Shown here piece by piece: positions 39,581-56,910 of a stretch of 64,000 bases of DNA. Below the pieces are notes generated by a model that did not search any database, was not told where the DNA came from, and worked only from the letters and a program-made list of their open reading frames with translations. Position 1 is the first letter of the stretch, and the number at the start of each line of letters is the position of its first letter. The DNA is from Eledone cirrhosa (lineage: Eukaryota), in contig OZ024740.1 in assembly GCA_964016885.1 (NCBI GenBank), forward strand, positions 274,474,001 to 274,538,000, read 5' to 3'. Both the position numbers and the translations under genes were made by a program.

Positions 39581-39590
<10 letters not shown>
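38755..39590 (-). mobile_element. Non-coding HHR-bearing retroelement with a direct repeat (38813-38948/39366-39497) and an inverted arm (39509-39590)
   Basis: Repeats directly visible. No ORF. Inserted in (TA)n. Confidence 0.8.
39008..39088 (-). ncRNA. Type I hammerhead ribozyme
   Basis: ACTCC-CTGATGA-CGCAATG..GACAGTT/AACTGTC..CATTGCA-GAAA-CTAATTAG-TT^GGAGT. Palindromic stem III. Confidence 0.82.
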
Positions 39591-39621
<31 letters not shown>

Positions 39622-39626
<5 letters not shown>

Positions 39627-40322
39627 AAATGGGGAGAAGAATACTACAGGTTGCACATGGATAACATGTTATAAAATGAGTCCCTCATCAGTGATTTGCC
39701 GACGATCATAGATATTTCATTGCATTAAAAATCATATACCTCACGTCGGTGCAATAATAACTAAATTAAGTTATTAGGACAATTAAAACGCGTAAAGCGA
39801 GTGAGACAAGTAAACAACAAAGAGGAAAGCTAACCGTAGAGGAAGGGAACAAGCTACATAGTTATTCTGTTAGCATAAGCTAGGTGAATATATGAGCGCT
39901 TAGAAAAAAGACCTTTCGAGATGAATCCAAATGTAAGAAAGAAGGAAAATGTATTCGTCGCGAACGGGGTGAAGTGAGAAGGGGAGAAACAGTGAGTGAG
40001 TGAGTGGAAGTGTGAGGAAGAGTTAACTGACATGACAGAGGGGGCGAAAGAAAGTAGGAGAAACAGAGAGAACGAGGGAGCAGTAAGAGAGAGAGAGAGA
40101 GAAAAACAGAATCGCAGTTTAGGTAAATATATGTGAAAAAATGGGGAGAAGAATACTGCAGGTTGCACATGGATAACATGTTATAAAATGAGTCCCTCAT
40201 CAGTGATTTGCCAACGATCATAGATATTTCATTGCATTAAAAATCATATACCTCACGTTGGTGCAATAATAACTAAATTAAGTTATTAGGACAATTAAAA
40301 CGCGTAAAGCGAGTGAGACAAG
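39622..40322 (-). mobile_element. Tandem non-coding unit (189-bp direct repeats 39622-39810/40134-40322, period 512), retrozyme- or pLTR-like
   Basis: The repeats differ at only 3 positions by eye. Each contains CTGATGA and GAAA boxes on the minus strand. Confidence 0.8.
39680..39780 (-). ncRNA. Candidate hammerhead ribozyme of atypical topology (second copy 40192-40292)
   Basis: GTCCT-[AATAACT/AGTTATT]-[ATTGCA..TGCAAT]-GAAA-TATC-TA^[TGAT..ATCA]-CTGATGA-GGGAC. Loops CCGACG and CGTCGG are complementary. Confidence 0.55.
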
Positions 40323-41380
40323 GAAACATATAAAAAATATATTTAGAGAGAGAGGGGGGGGGAGATACTAGTAATATTTCTCACATACCTTCACAGTATA
40401 TACTTTAGAACATTTGGTCTTCATTATCACCAATATGAGGGTCTTCATCCATGTATTAGCTTCACTTCCTTTTCTCTCTCTTTCACTTCTCTAAATCTCA
40501 TTCTCTTTTTCATTGTCTCTGCTACTCTATACTATGTCTTGTTAACAGAAATAATTTTGGACCATTATTCTTTCATTATTTTTAATCTCTCCCCCATCTA
40601 CCATTTTCAGCTTTTCAGAGTAAGAAAAATAAAATATATACGATTTGAATCATGTATTACAGCCTATTAATTGAAATATTTTTTCCATTGTTATACTTGC
40701 TAAAATTGAGACTCACACATTCCTACATGATCACTATTAATTACTATTCATTTATTTATATTGCAGAGTTTTCTCCCTTGAGTATCTTGACATGAGTTAT
40801 TCATTTTTTTTTACTTAATACGTCAAGTATTTTACATTTCCTTCCCACCAAATTAACTACAAACTGGACAATTATGAAATATTTTCCAAAACACTTCTTT
40901 GTGTCAGTAATGTAATTCACATTTTAAAAATGTCACATTCAAATTGAAAGAATAAAGGCTTCAGATACTAGCCTCCTATTTGTATTCATGTGAAAATAAA
41001 ATAAATAAGTAGAAAATAACCCACCTATGTATATATGTATATATATACGTGTGTGTATGTGTATATATATATATATTAAACATTTGAAAGTTTTTGTGAT
41101 AGAGCCACAGAGAAATTTTAAGGCTGGATACACTTCCCTAGTATTATTCACTGAACCCTGAAGGAAAGCAAGACCAGACATATTTGTATCAGCAACCAGT
41201 CTGTCATTATTTCTTCTAATAGACTCAGAAGTGTAGTCTGTCTCTATACTGCAATTTGATTCAAGAGAATACCCATTTAATCCCTCTCTCTACTCACAGA
41301 CACACTCACACAATCCTATACACGCAATCTCTCACACACATATACATATATATATATGCATATACATATATATATACATA

Positions 41381-41423
<43 letters not shown>

Positions 41424-41510
41424 GCATATATATATATATGTATATATATATACATAATGTACACTTTCTTTTATGCATATACATCATTCACAGAAAGATA
41501 TATATATATA

Positions 41511-41631
<121 letters not shown>

Positions 41632-42184
41632 TGAGCAAGTAAGTAAAAAGAAGGAAATAGATGTGGTAAGTATTATATGCTTGAGTTTTTGTAAGAAATA
41701 TATATGGAGTAGAGGCCAAACCCGTAGATAAATCTGGGTTGTGAACAAATAAATTAATAAAGTATATAAAAGAATTGACATCACTGAAGAAATTATGAGA
41801 AGCTAAGGATGAAGTTTATTATGGCCCACACACACACACACACACATATACATATATTCATATGTACATATATACATATTTACCAACACATGCCAGGCTG
41901 ATGACACACACAAACATATACATTTAGAAAAGCAGAGACCCATACATACTATTAGTCTTATATATTTGGCAGGTTTTTGTCGATGAAATATGATTATATG
42001 TGCGTTGCTTATACAATCTTCATCTATTCTTACATATAAACAGACATGTATATGCTCATGTGTGTATAAGTATGTATGTATATATATATCTATATGTATA
42101 TCTGTATATATGTATGTTTATATATGTATGTGTTTGCATGTGAGTATATACATTTATGTATACACACACATATGTACATCAACA

Positions 42185-42475
42185 TTATTATCATCAACAT
42201 CACTTAATGTCTATTGTCCTTGCTAGCATGGGTTAGACGGGTTGTCCCATTTAAGGCAAATCCTGTCAGGTGACCATGTCTTATTTGTACAGAATTGTTT
42301 CTTGCTTATATATTATATATATATATCATCATCATCATCACCTTCATTTAACGTCCATCTTCCATGCTAGCATGGGTTAGACGAGAGTTGTTCCACTTGA
42401 GGCAAGGTTGGTCGGGTGACCGTGTCTCACTCATATAGGACTATCTGGCATGTTTTCTACGGCTGAATGCCCTAT
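42185..42475 (-). mobile_element. Two LINE/SINE 3' tail fragments
   Basis: (CAT)n followed by TGCTAGCATGGGTTAGACG at about 42220 and 42365. Confidence 0.7.
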
Positions 42476-42479
42476 ATAT

Positions 42480-42710
42480 GGGGATGATCAAGTTGTCAGT
42501 ATTGCCAATAAAATGAAGCACATCCACCAAATGATTTTTACTTCATTTTCATTGTTTGCCATTCATTAGTTCCAAAAAGTTCTTTCATCACACATTCTGC
42601 GACCTCCTCAATGACTATCTGTTCTCTTTTGTGCTTCTCCTTCTTTCTGGTCTTAAACTTATACTTCATTTGTGCTTTGTTATAAGTGACCACATACACA
42701 CACAAACACA
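42480..42710 (-). mobile_element. Old copy of the 32305-33310 pLTR with a decayed HHR
   Basis: Minus AGTCA-TTGAGGA-GGTCGCAGAATGTGTGAT-GAAA-GAAC matches the HHR at 9550 and 33103. Confidence 0.65.
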
Positions 42711-43382
42711 CATATATATGTCATAGAGATAGAGATAGATAGATAGAGAGAGTATCAATTTTGAGTGCTACTGGAAACATGCGACACAATACAGTTTCTT
42801 ATATAGTCAGGTCATCAGTAACTAAACCAGCAACCCCAGTGACTAAACTTGCCTGTTGAGGAAGTTGATTTTTGGACATGCTGTGGAAACAAAACTCATC
42901 AAGCCATAGAACAACTCAGGAGTGTCAATGTCCATCCAATAATGCATGAAAAAAAGGGGATAAAACAGAGGTCATTAGCTTTGTTTTGGCAGTCTGTCTA
43001 GAAGGATCATTCTGATTTCAGACCAGAGTAGATGGGACTCCTTAGCTAACTTGTTGACAACCGTTGAAGTGGCCAACAGCTTCATCTTTGTGATGAGAGT
43101 GATTGAGCCAACTTTCAAGTAATGGTTGAATGCATATTCAGGACCCATTGATGGCAAGTTTTTCCCAATGAGAATCATGTGTGTGTATATATATATATAG
43201 TATTTACGTATCGAGAAAGAGAAAAAGAGGGGGGATAGGTGATACATATAGTTATTTGCCAAGTAGCGTATGCCAAAGGTGTTCGATACTAGTGCCGGCA
43301 GTATTAAATATTCGAAGTGTTAATATTTAGTGGGCTAGAGAGTTAGTAGAGCGGTCTATTCTCCGATTTTTTACTTTCCCAC

Positions 43383-43454
<72 letters not shown>

Positions 43455-43734
43455 GTTGATAGGTTGATGAAATTACAAACCCATGAGGTGCTTCACACAA
43501 TGTAGGGTACTGCAACATCATGTCATTCACTGTACTAGCCAATGTTAACTGGGATAAAACAGTTGCAGAGTATGTTGTACATTTGTACAGAATTCATTAT
43601 GATCAGTGACTTAATGATCATCAAATCATCCAATAAAAAATATCAAAATTATTTATATAACCCCTAAATTAATTATGGTCATGAACATAAATTAATATAT
43701 ATATACACACACGCACAAATATATATATAATGTA

Positions 43735-44025
43735 TATATACGATATTAATAAATGGAAACTATATTTATAAAACCATATTTATTTCATTATACATATTTC
43801 AGGGATACCACATTAAATTATGGTATGCCTTCATCAGACAAAATACAATATATAACAGTTTTACAAATAGATGTATAATGAAATAAATATGGTTTTATAA
43901 ATATAGTTTCCATTTATTAATATCGTATATCTACTCCAAAAAATTGTCGAGTGCTTTATATCAGTTATAAAAATATTTACTTGTTGTATCCCAACAATTT
44001 TAAATAGAACTTTTGCATATAATGT
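43735..44025. mobile_element. Fold-back PLE mini-element (arms about 43736-43795/43871-43930)
   Basis: Inverted arms visible. The plus arm starts inside HHR stem III and carries the tail. Confidence 0.8.
43782..43844 (-). ncRNA. Type I hammerhead ribozyme, intact core
   Basis: ATTTTGT-CTGATGA-AGGCATACCA-TAATTTAATG-TGGTATCCCT-GAAA-TATGTA-TA^ATGAAAT. Confidence 0.85.
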
Positions 44026-44249
44026 ATATATATATATATAACAAATTACAAAATATGAGGAAATAATAGACAAAAATATACCTACTTTTTCTTCAAAGTC
44101 CCGACTGCAGTTTCGCTGATCTGTGTGCAACTTTCTGCAAAATAAAAAATACATAATCGGCTTATCAAAAGAGACCTCAAGAAAAAGGACTGTTTCCTTG
44201 ACTTTTAGCAAGTGACAAAATCTCTAGATGCAGAATATATATATATATA

Positions 44250-45160
44250 TGAAAAGTACTTAGCTAAAGTTAAGCCACTCTACCTGACATGTGTCGATCT
44301 GGAAAAAGCCTTCAACAGATTGCCCCAAGCTATAATCTGGTAGGCTCTCAGAAAACTAAGAGTAGATGAGTGGCTTGTGAAGGCTGTACAAGCCATGTAC
44401 AGAGGAGCAGTCAGAAAGGTTAGGGTTAACAATGACTATAGCAAGGAATTTAGCATACACGTTGGTGTCCACCAGGGCTCTATTCATAGCCCTCTCCTGT
44501 TTATTATTGTATTGCAGGCTATAACATAGGAGTTTGGGATTGGATGCCCATGGGAACTTCTGTACGCAGATGATCTTACACTTATAGCTGAATCTATGGT
44601 GGAACTAGAGAAGAAATTTCAAACATGGAAGCAGGGCCTAGAAAGAATGGGTCTTAAATTCAAACTGACAAAGACTGAAGTTCTCGTAAGTAGAAGAGAA
44701 AACAGAACTCAGATCCCCTCAGGGAAATAGCCTTGCTCAGTATGTAGGAAAGGTGTAGGTAGAAATTCCATCCTCTGCCCCAAATGCAAACTATGGGTAC
44801 ACAAGAGATCTAGTGGGATCTCAGGAAGCTTAGTTAGGAATGTAGGCTTTACATCTAGTAGTTGCACCGTGACAGTAAGCAGCAAATGACCCCAGGAAAC
44901 AAGCACTACCAAATTTTGGGAGGGCTCTGTAGAAGCAGTAGACAGCTTCTGCTACCTAGGAGACCAAAATAGCAGCAGAGGTGGGTGTTCTGAAAGTACA
45001 GTAGCCAGGGTAAGAACGGGTTGGAAGAAGTTCAGAGAGCTACTACCACTGCTAGCTGCAAAAAAGCTTTTCCCTCAAAATGAAAGGCCGACTGTATGAT
45101 GCATGCATACAAACAGCAATGTTGCATGGTAGTGAGACCTGGGCGTTGTGTGCAGAAGAC
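44250..45160 (+). mobile_element. RTE-clade LINE reverse transcriptase fragment with stops
   Basis: VDLEKAFNR, VGVHQGSIHSPLLFIIVL, ELLYADDL, KTEVL, Cys cluster, DSFCYLGD and MLHGSETW. Confidence 0.92.
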
Positions 45161-45277
45161 TATATTGTAGAATATAATTGTTTCTACTTTTGGCACAAGG
45201 CCAGAAATTACACAGTGCATTACTGGTACTTTATTTTATCGACCCCGTAAGGATGAAAGGCAAAGTTAACCTCGGCG

Positions 45278-47085
45278 AAAGATGTGTAAGAATAACAGTG
45301 ACTCGTGGAATATGTTATAGGACATCAGCTATATACTTTGTGAAAGGTCTTGTAGGATTTATGATTACAAAGTCCAAATACATATGTTCTTCGATTTATT
45401 ATTGTGTTGAAATTCGAGATAATGGTAATTTTTCTGCAAGACATAAATTACAAACACTAGATATGGAAGCATTGGAGTATGAAGATGCGTTGTAGATTTT
45501 ACGCCAAGAAATTTCGTAATTTATGTTTTTGTCTTTTAAGGACCAAATAAGTTCTGAGAGTGCGGTGCTGGTCCTTTTAAGTGGAGATTTAAATATAGAA
45601 GAATGATTATAGAATCTTGCTTTAAAGGAGGTAGAAGTAGAGCCAATGTAGGTATATATTGGTACTAGTTACCACTTTACATTCGTATACTAGGTTTTTA
45701 TCGAGACAGAAATTACTAAGAGGACAATTAGTTCTAATAGGGCAGTTGCATTTACGATTAAGATTATTTACAAAGTTATTGGTAAGTGGCCTAGGATTAA
45801 TTATATTAGTATCAGGAGTGGTGGAATTAACTAAAGGAGGTGCTGAAGTTTCTAGATTTACATTACTATTTGATGCATTCCTCAATGTTACGTTTGACGT
45901 CGTATTTATACTTGTGTTATTTTGCCTAGAGTTTACATTGACGTCGAGCCTTATACTGTTATTATTATGACTCTCGTGGTTGGATGCATATGAGTTATTA
46001 TTTAATATTTTAGAATTATGTCTTGAGATAATTTTTGAAATGCTCGAAGTAGTAGAATACGAGAATTTAATAGTATGCCTATTGAAAATCTTGCTATATA
46101 TATGTGAAAGAGGGAAGCTGTTATGTAATGCCCTAAAAATATAATTTAGGGATATTATTAATAACGGAAAGAGAAAAAGGAGCGTTGTACCAAAGGATAT
46201 TTTTATATCTAGGTCTCCTCCTTTTGTTAGCAGTATGATTATTACTAGCTACATTACTAGAGTTATTATAATCTCTACAATATTATGTTCCCTAGTATAC
46301 CTAATTTTGTCTAGATATCCAGCTCTAGAGAGCGCATTATTATAATAGTTTGCATTAGCTTCGAAGATATTCTTATTAGAGGATAAATTAGAAATTCTTT
46401 TTTCTACGCTTTTGACTATGGCAGTTTTAACGTTATTAGGGTGGTTAGATTTAAAGTTAACGTAATTTAAGTTCTCATTATCCTTATGATATGGGTAATA
46501 TAGGCCGGTATCAAGATTAAGCGATATATCAAGGAAATTTGCTAGTTTATCATTATTTACGAATTAAATTTTTAAGTTAAGATGCTTAAATAGATCAAGT
46601 ATTTTTTTCTTAAGTATATTAAAGCTTACAGTGTTATAATTAGAGACAGTAAAGAGAGCATCATCACCGCAAAGTTGGGGTATTTTCCGATTTAAAGAAG
46701 TCAAGATGAAAATTCCAAATAAGTCGGTCAGTTTAGCTGAATCCGAAGAACCCATGGTCATGTCGAAATTGGTGGAAGTATCCGCTCTTGTCCAATATTC
46801 GTTCTTAAATTCCAAGATGGTTTTCCTGGCGGTGAGAATGATGTATATTTCATCGCTAGTAATGTGCGTATATTTTAAAGCATATGAGAGAGCCTCGTTT
46901 AGGAGTGAAGGAGAAATAAAAGCGTAATAGCTAACAATATCTAATTGAATAAATTTCAGTTTGTTTTTATTTTTTAGGACATTGAACCAGTCTATTACTT
47001 CAGATGACCCAACCATAAATTTAGTTGAGATTTATTCTTAACCTGTGTGATAATTCTATCCAAGATGGATTTACTAACAACCCAG
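45278..47085 (-). mobile_element. Decayed Hydra-clade-like PLE (RT, CxCx5C linker, GIY-YIG)
   Basis: FIQLDIVSYYAFI, FDMTMGSSDSAKLTDLFG, GDDAL, CNCPIRTNCPLSNFC, LVYECKV, YIG and CNLCLAEK. Confidence 0.9.
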
Positions 47086-47436
47086 AAGAAATCCTCCCTT
47101 TAATAACAATTTAGCACATTTTGAAAACGAATTAACTAAAATTATACGAGGACTTAGATTCAAAAGAAACCCTTATCGAAGGTAGGGACACCTTATCAAC
47201 CTTAAGCATTAAATTAATGACCTTAATTCTTCTAAAAACGTATTAGTTCATTCTGACAAAACAAATAATTTATATGGCATAAGCAAGGATAAATATAATA
47301 ACCTAAGAAAAAATTATCGTAAAACTATGCACGATAATCTGGATTCTATCAATAGAGAAGCATATGAGATAATAACCAACCTCGGAATTGAGAAAAAACA
47401 GAACTCTTCTTCCCAAGAACTCCGACGATTAGTCTG
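47086..47436 (+). mobile_element. Inverted N-terminal ORF segment of a PLE
   Basis: RNPPFNNNLAHFENELTKIIRGLRFK...VLVHSDKTNNLY, a DKTxNxY motif expected upstream of the RT. Confidence 0.75.
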
Positions 47437-47507
47437 AACCCATGCAAGCGTGGAACAGGGACGTTAAACGATGATGATGATGATGATACATATATATATA
47501 TATATAC

Positions 47508-47577
<70 letters not shown>

Positions 47578-47592
47578 GCACATATATATACA

Positions 47593-47654
<62 letters not shown>

Positions 47655-47655
47655 C

Positions 47656-47700
<45 letters not shown>

Positions 47701-47775
47701 CATATATATATATATACATTTATATATACATATATATATATACATATATATACATACATATATATATATATAAAT

Positions 47776-52500
<4,725 letters not shown>

Positions 52501-52515
52501 TTACTATATATATAT

Positions 52516-52568
<53 letters not shown>

Positions 52569-52573
52569 TAAAT

Positions 52574-52664
<91 letters not shown>

Positions 52665-52701
52665 ACGTACATACATATATGTATACAGACGTACAGTAGC
52701 A

Positions 52702-52848
<147 letters not shown>

Positions 52849-52929
52849 ATATATATATATAGATATAAATATACATATATATATACATATAAATATACAT
52901 ATATATATATACGTATATACATATATGTA

Positions 52930-52965
<36 letters not shown>

Positions 52966-53056
52966 TATATATATACACATATATATATACATATATATAC
53001 ATATATATATATACATATATATATACATATATATATATACACACATATATATACAT

Positions 53057-53280
53057 AGGCGTGTGGCTGAGTGGTTAGAGAATTGGATTCACAATCTTGA
53101 GGTTGTGAGTTCGATTCGTGGACCGGGAGATGCGTTATGTCCTTGAGCAAGGCACTTCATTTCACGTTGCTCCTTCTACCTGGAGTTGCGACCGATATAT
53201 AGTATTAGTAACTGGAAAGACTGATGGAAATATTGTTTCCTCGGTCCGATTCGACGAAAAGTCGATCGATCCTAAAATAT
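53057..53280 (+). mobile_element. tRNA-derived CORE-like SINE with a different 3' end
   Basis: TGGCTGAGTGG A box, GAGTTCGATTC B box and GTCCTTGAGCAAGGCACTT. Confidence 0.8.
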
Positions 53281-53324
53281 ATATACATATATATATATAC
53301 ATATATATACATATATATATACAT

Positions 53325-53640
53325 ATCATCATCATCATCATGTTACGTCCGCTTTTCCCTGCTTACAAGAGTTGGACGGGTCCTATTCAACATAGCATCT
53401 CTCCACTTGTCACGGATTTTGTCATCTCCTCAGTAAGCTTCAGCGATCTGAGGTCTGCTCTCACCACTTCTGCCCATTTTTTTCGTGGTCTACTCTACTG
53501 CGTCTTCCCTCCACTGGGACATCCTGGCACTTCTCCATCCAGCAGTCATACTCCATGCGCATCACATGTCCATACCCTCTCAGCCTTCTCTTCTGCTCAC
53601 AACTTATCCCTCTTATACCCAGTTTCTTTCTCAAATCGTC
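53325..53640 (-). mobile_element. RTE LINE 3' end, family of 22668-22890
   Basis: Reverse complement of the 22680-22890 sequence; (CAT)n at 53325-53341. Confidence 0.85.
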
Positions 53641-53664
53641 TATACATATAAATATATATAAATA

Positions 53665-54417
53665 TACAATTAGAAATAAGAGGGATCAGATGTTGTTTAC
53701 TCGAGAGAAGGCTACGTTGGTATGGTCACGTGATGCGCATGAAAGACGACAGCTGTATAACAAAGTGCAGGGCAATAAAGATAGATGGTACCCACGGAGT
53801 AGGCAGACCCAGGAAAACCTGGGACGAGCTGATAGATTCCGACCTCACACACTTACACCTCTCCAAGACAATGTCACTGGACCGAGACCTTTGGCGGTAC
53901 TCAGTAACAGAGAAGACCCGCCTCACCTAAATACAAAGTAAAACCTACAAGTCAGTAGGCATCTCTAACAAAATACACCCCTGTCCCACCCCATCCACAC
54001 CGCCCCCTTCAATGCAAAGTTATGTTGGTGCCACAACATCCAGGCCGAAACAAACGAGATCGTGTGCGTGTCACGACAAAAAAACACACAGTCCATGCTG
54101 TAATCTGACCGTGTAGGCAACACGGTAAAAACCTCCCAGTCCACACTGTAAACGTGGTTGGTGTTAGGAAGGGCATCCAGCTGTAGAAAACACGCCAGAC
54201 AGTCCACGCTGTAATGTGGCCGTGTAGGCAATACGGTAAAAACCTCCCAGCCCTACACTGTAAATGTGGTTGGTGTTAGGAAGGGCATCCAGCTGTAGAA
54301 ACCCGTCAGGCAGTCCTATGCGAGCAAGACAACCACTCTTGCCTCAAGTGGGGAAACCCCCGTCCAAACCCATGCAAGCGTGGAACAGGGACGTTAAACG
54401 ATGATGATGATGATGAT
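53665..54417 (+). mobile_element. RTE LINE 3' end plus long 3' UTR with (ATG)n tail
   Basis: RLRWYGHVMRMKDD..GRPRKTWDEL..DRDLWR. UTR matches 13678-14080. Confidence 0.88.
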
Positions 54418-54437
54418 ACATATATATATATATATAC

Positions 54438-54507
<70 letters not shown>

Positions 54508-54522
54508 GCACATATATATACA

Positions 54523-54584
<62 letters not shown>

Positions 54585-54585
54585 C

Positions 54586-54630
<45 letters not shown>

Positions 54631-54636
54631 CATACA

Positions 54637-54672
<36 letters not shown>

Positions 54673-54675
54673 CAC

Positions 54676-54742
<67 letters not shown>

Positions 54743-54779
54743 CACATTAATAGATATATATACATATATATATATACAC

Positions 54780-54836
<57 letters not shown>

Positions 54837-54837
54837 C

Positions 54838-54868
<31 letters not shown>

Positions 54869-54876
54869 CATATATT

Positions 54877-54940
<64 letters not shown>

Positions 54941-55084
54941 TATATGTATATATATATATACATATACAATTTTTTTCTCCCTTTCATGCTCATCTAACTT
55001 CTACATATTACACATATTCATCCACTCTTCTACTTGTTTTCACAATATATCCTTAATTTCATTACTATTTTTTTTTTTTTTTAG

Positions 55085-56247
55085 TAATACATATCAACAA
55101 TTTCTTTCCATCGCACATATTATTAAACCCTTCATTATTCAAACCTTAACTTAATATTATTCTTAATACATATTAACAATTTTTTTCATCGCACATATTA
55201 TTAAACCCTTCAATATACAAACCTTAATTTAACATTATTCTTAAATTTTTCTCTTAGTTAATTTTCAAATTATTTTAATTTATATATTATCTTCCAATGG
55301 TGGTTTAACCTCTCTCTGTAAAACAATATATTTTTCTCAGTTATAAAAGCTATCTCTCTCTCTCTATCACCCATCTCTCCTCCTATCTCATCCTTCCTTA
55401 TTATACTCCTCCCCCTCCATTCTTTACTCTCATCTCCTCCTCTTTTTCATTCTCCCCCTCCCCCCAATAATTTTTTTTCCCAATATGACACATCAATCTA
55501 AAACTACTTTTCATATGTTGATTTAAAACTGCACAATTCACAAGTGTTTTTTAACCTTCATATCATGTCTCCCTATTTTATCTTACGGAAACGCAAATGT
55601 CATCGCATGATGATATTTGTTTTTAAAATGCGCTTAATAAAATACATGGAACTCTTTTAACCATCTTTTGATCTTATATATTATTTATACTTCAGTCCTA
55701 CAAACTGTAGAGTGCTACTTATCCGATATCTGCATTGCTTTAATGTACTACAATAAAACTCACCTCCTACATTATATATACATATCATCATCATCATCAT
55801 CATCACTTTACGTCCGCTTTTCCCTGCTTGCAAGGGTGGGACGGACATTGATTCTGGCTTGATTTCTACAGCTGGATGCCCTTCCTAACACCAACCTCAT
55901 TTACAGTGAGTGCTGGGTGCTTTTTTGCCGTGGCACCTCCACGACCACTTTGCAGTGGAATGATAGTGACCCCAGTCCCTATCATCTCATTTCTACAGCT
56001 GAGTAAACTGGAGCAATGGGAAATAAAGTATCTTGCTCAAGGAAACAACACATCACCCGGTCTGAGAATTGAACTCACAACCTTTCGATTGCAAGGCCAA
56101 TATATATATATATACATATATATACATATATATACATATATATATACATATATATATACATATATATACATATATATATACATATATATACATATATATA
56201 TACATATATATACATTATATACATATATATATACATATATATACATA

Positions 56248-56281
<34 letters not shown>

Positions 56282-56858
56282 TAGAGGAGGTGAGTTTTAT
56301 TGTAGTACAATATTCAAACCTTAATTTAATATTATTCTTAATACATATTAACAATTCTTTTCATCGCACATATTATTAAACCCTTCAATATACAAACCCT
56401 AATTTAACATTATTCTTAAATTTGTCTCTTCGATAATTTTCAAATTCTTTTAATTTATATATTATCTTCCAACAGTTTTTTAACCTCTCTCTGTAAAACC
56501 ATATATTGTTCTCAGTTATAAAAGCTATCTCTCTCTCTCTATCACCCATCTCTCCTCCTATCTCATCCTTCCTTATTATACCCCTGCCCCTCCATTCTTT
56601 ACTCTCGTCTCCTCCTCTTTTTCATCCTTTCCACCCTCACCCCCTCAATTTTTTTCCCAATATCACACATCAATCTAAAACTAATTTTCATATGTTGATT
56701 TAAAACTGCACTATTCACAAGTGTTTTTCAACCTTCATATCATGTCTCCCTATTTTATCTTACAAAAACGCAAAACTCATTGTATGATGATATTTGTTTT
56801 TGAAATGCGCATAATAAAATACATGGAACACTTTTAACCATCTTTTGATCTTATATAT

Positions 56859-56860
<2 letters not shown>
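55085..56860 (+). mobile_element. Two copies of the same PLE pLTR (about 55085-55772 and 56283-56860) separated by SINE A (55785-56100, minus) and (TA)n; HHR cores decayed
   Basis: About 550 bp near-identical. CTTACGG and CTTACAA replace CTGATGA at about 55582 and 56759. 56284-56310 is an inverted tail tip. Confidence 0.8.

Positions 56861-56910
<50 letters not shown>

Noticed and set aside
42780-42830. CTGATGA...GAAAC...GTC on the minus strand
   Set aside because: Stems I and II do not pair; chance match or too decayed to call.
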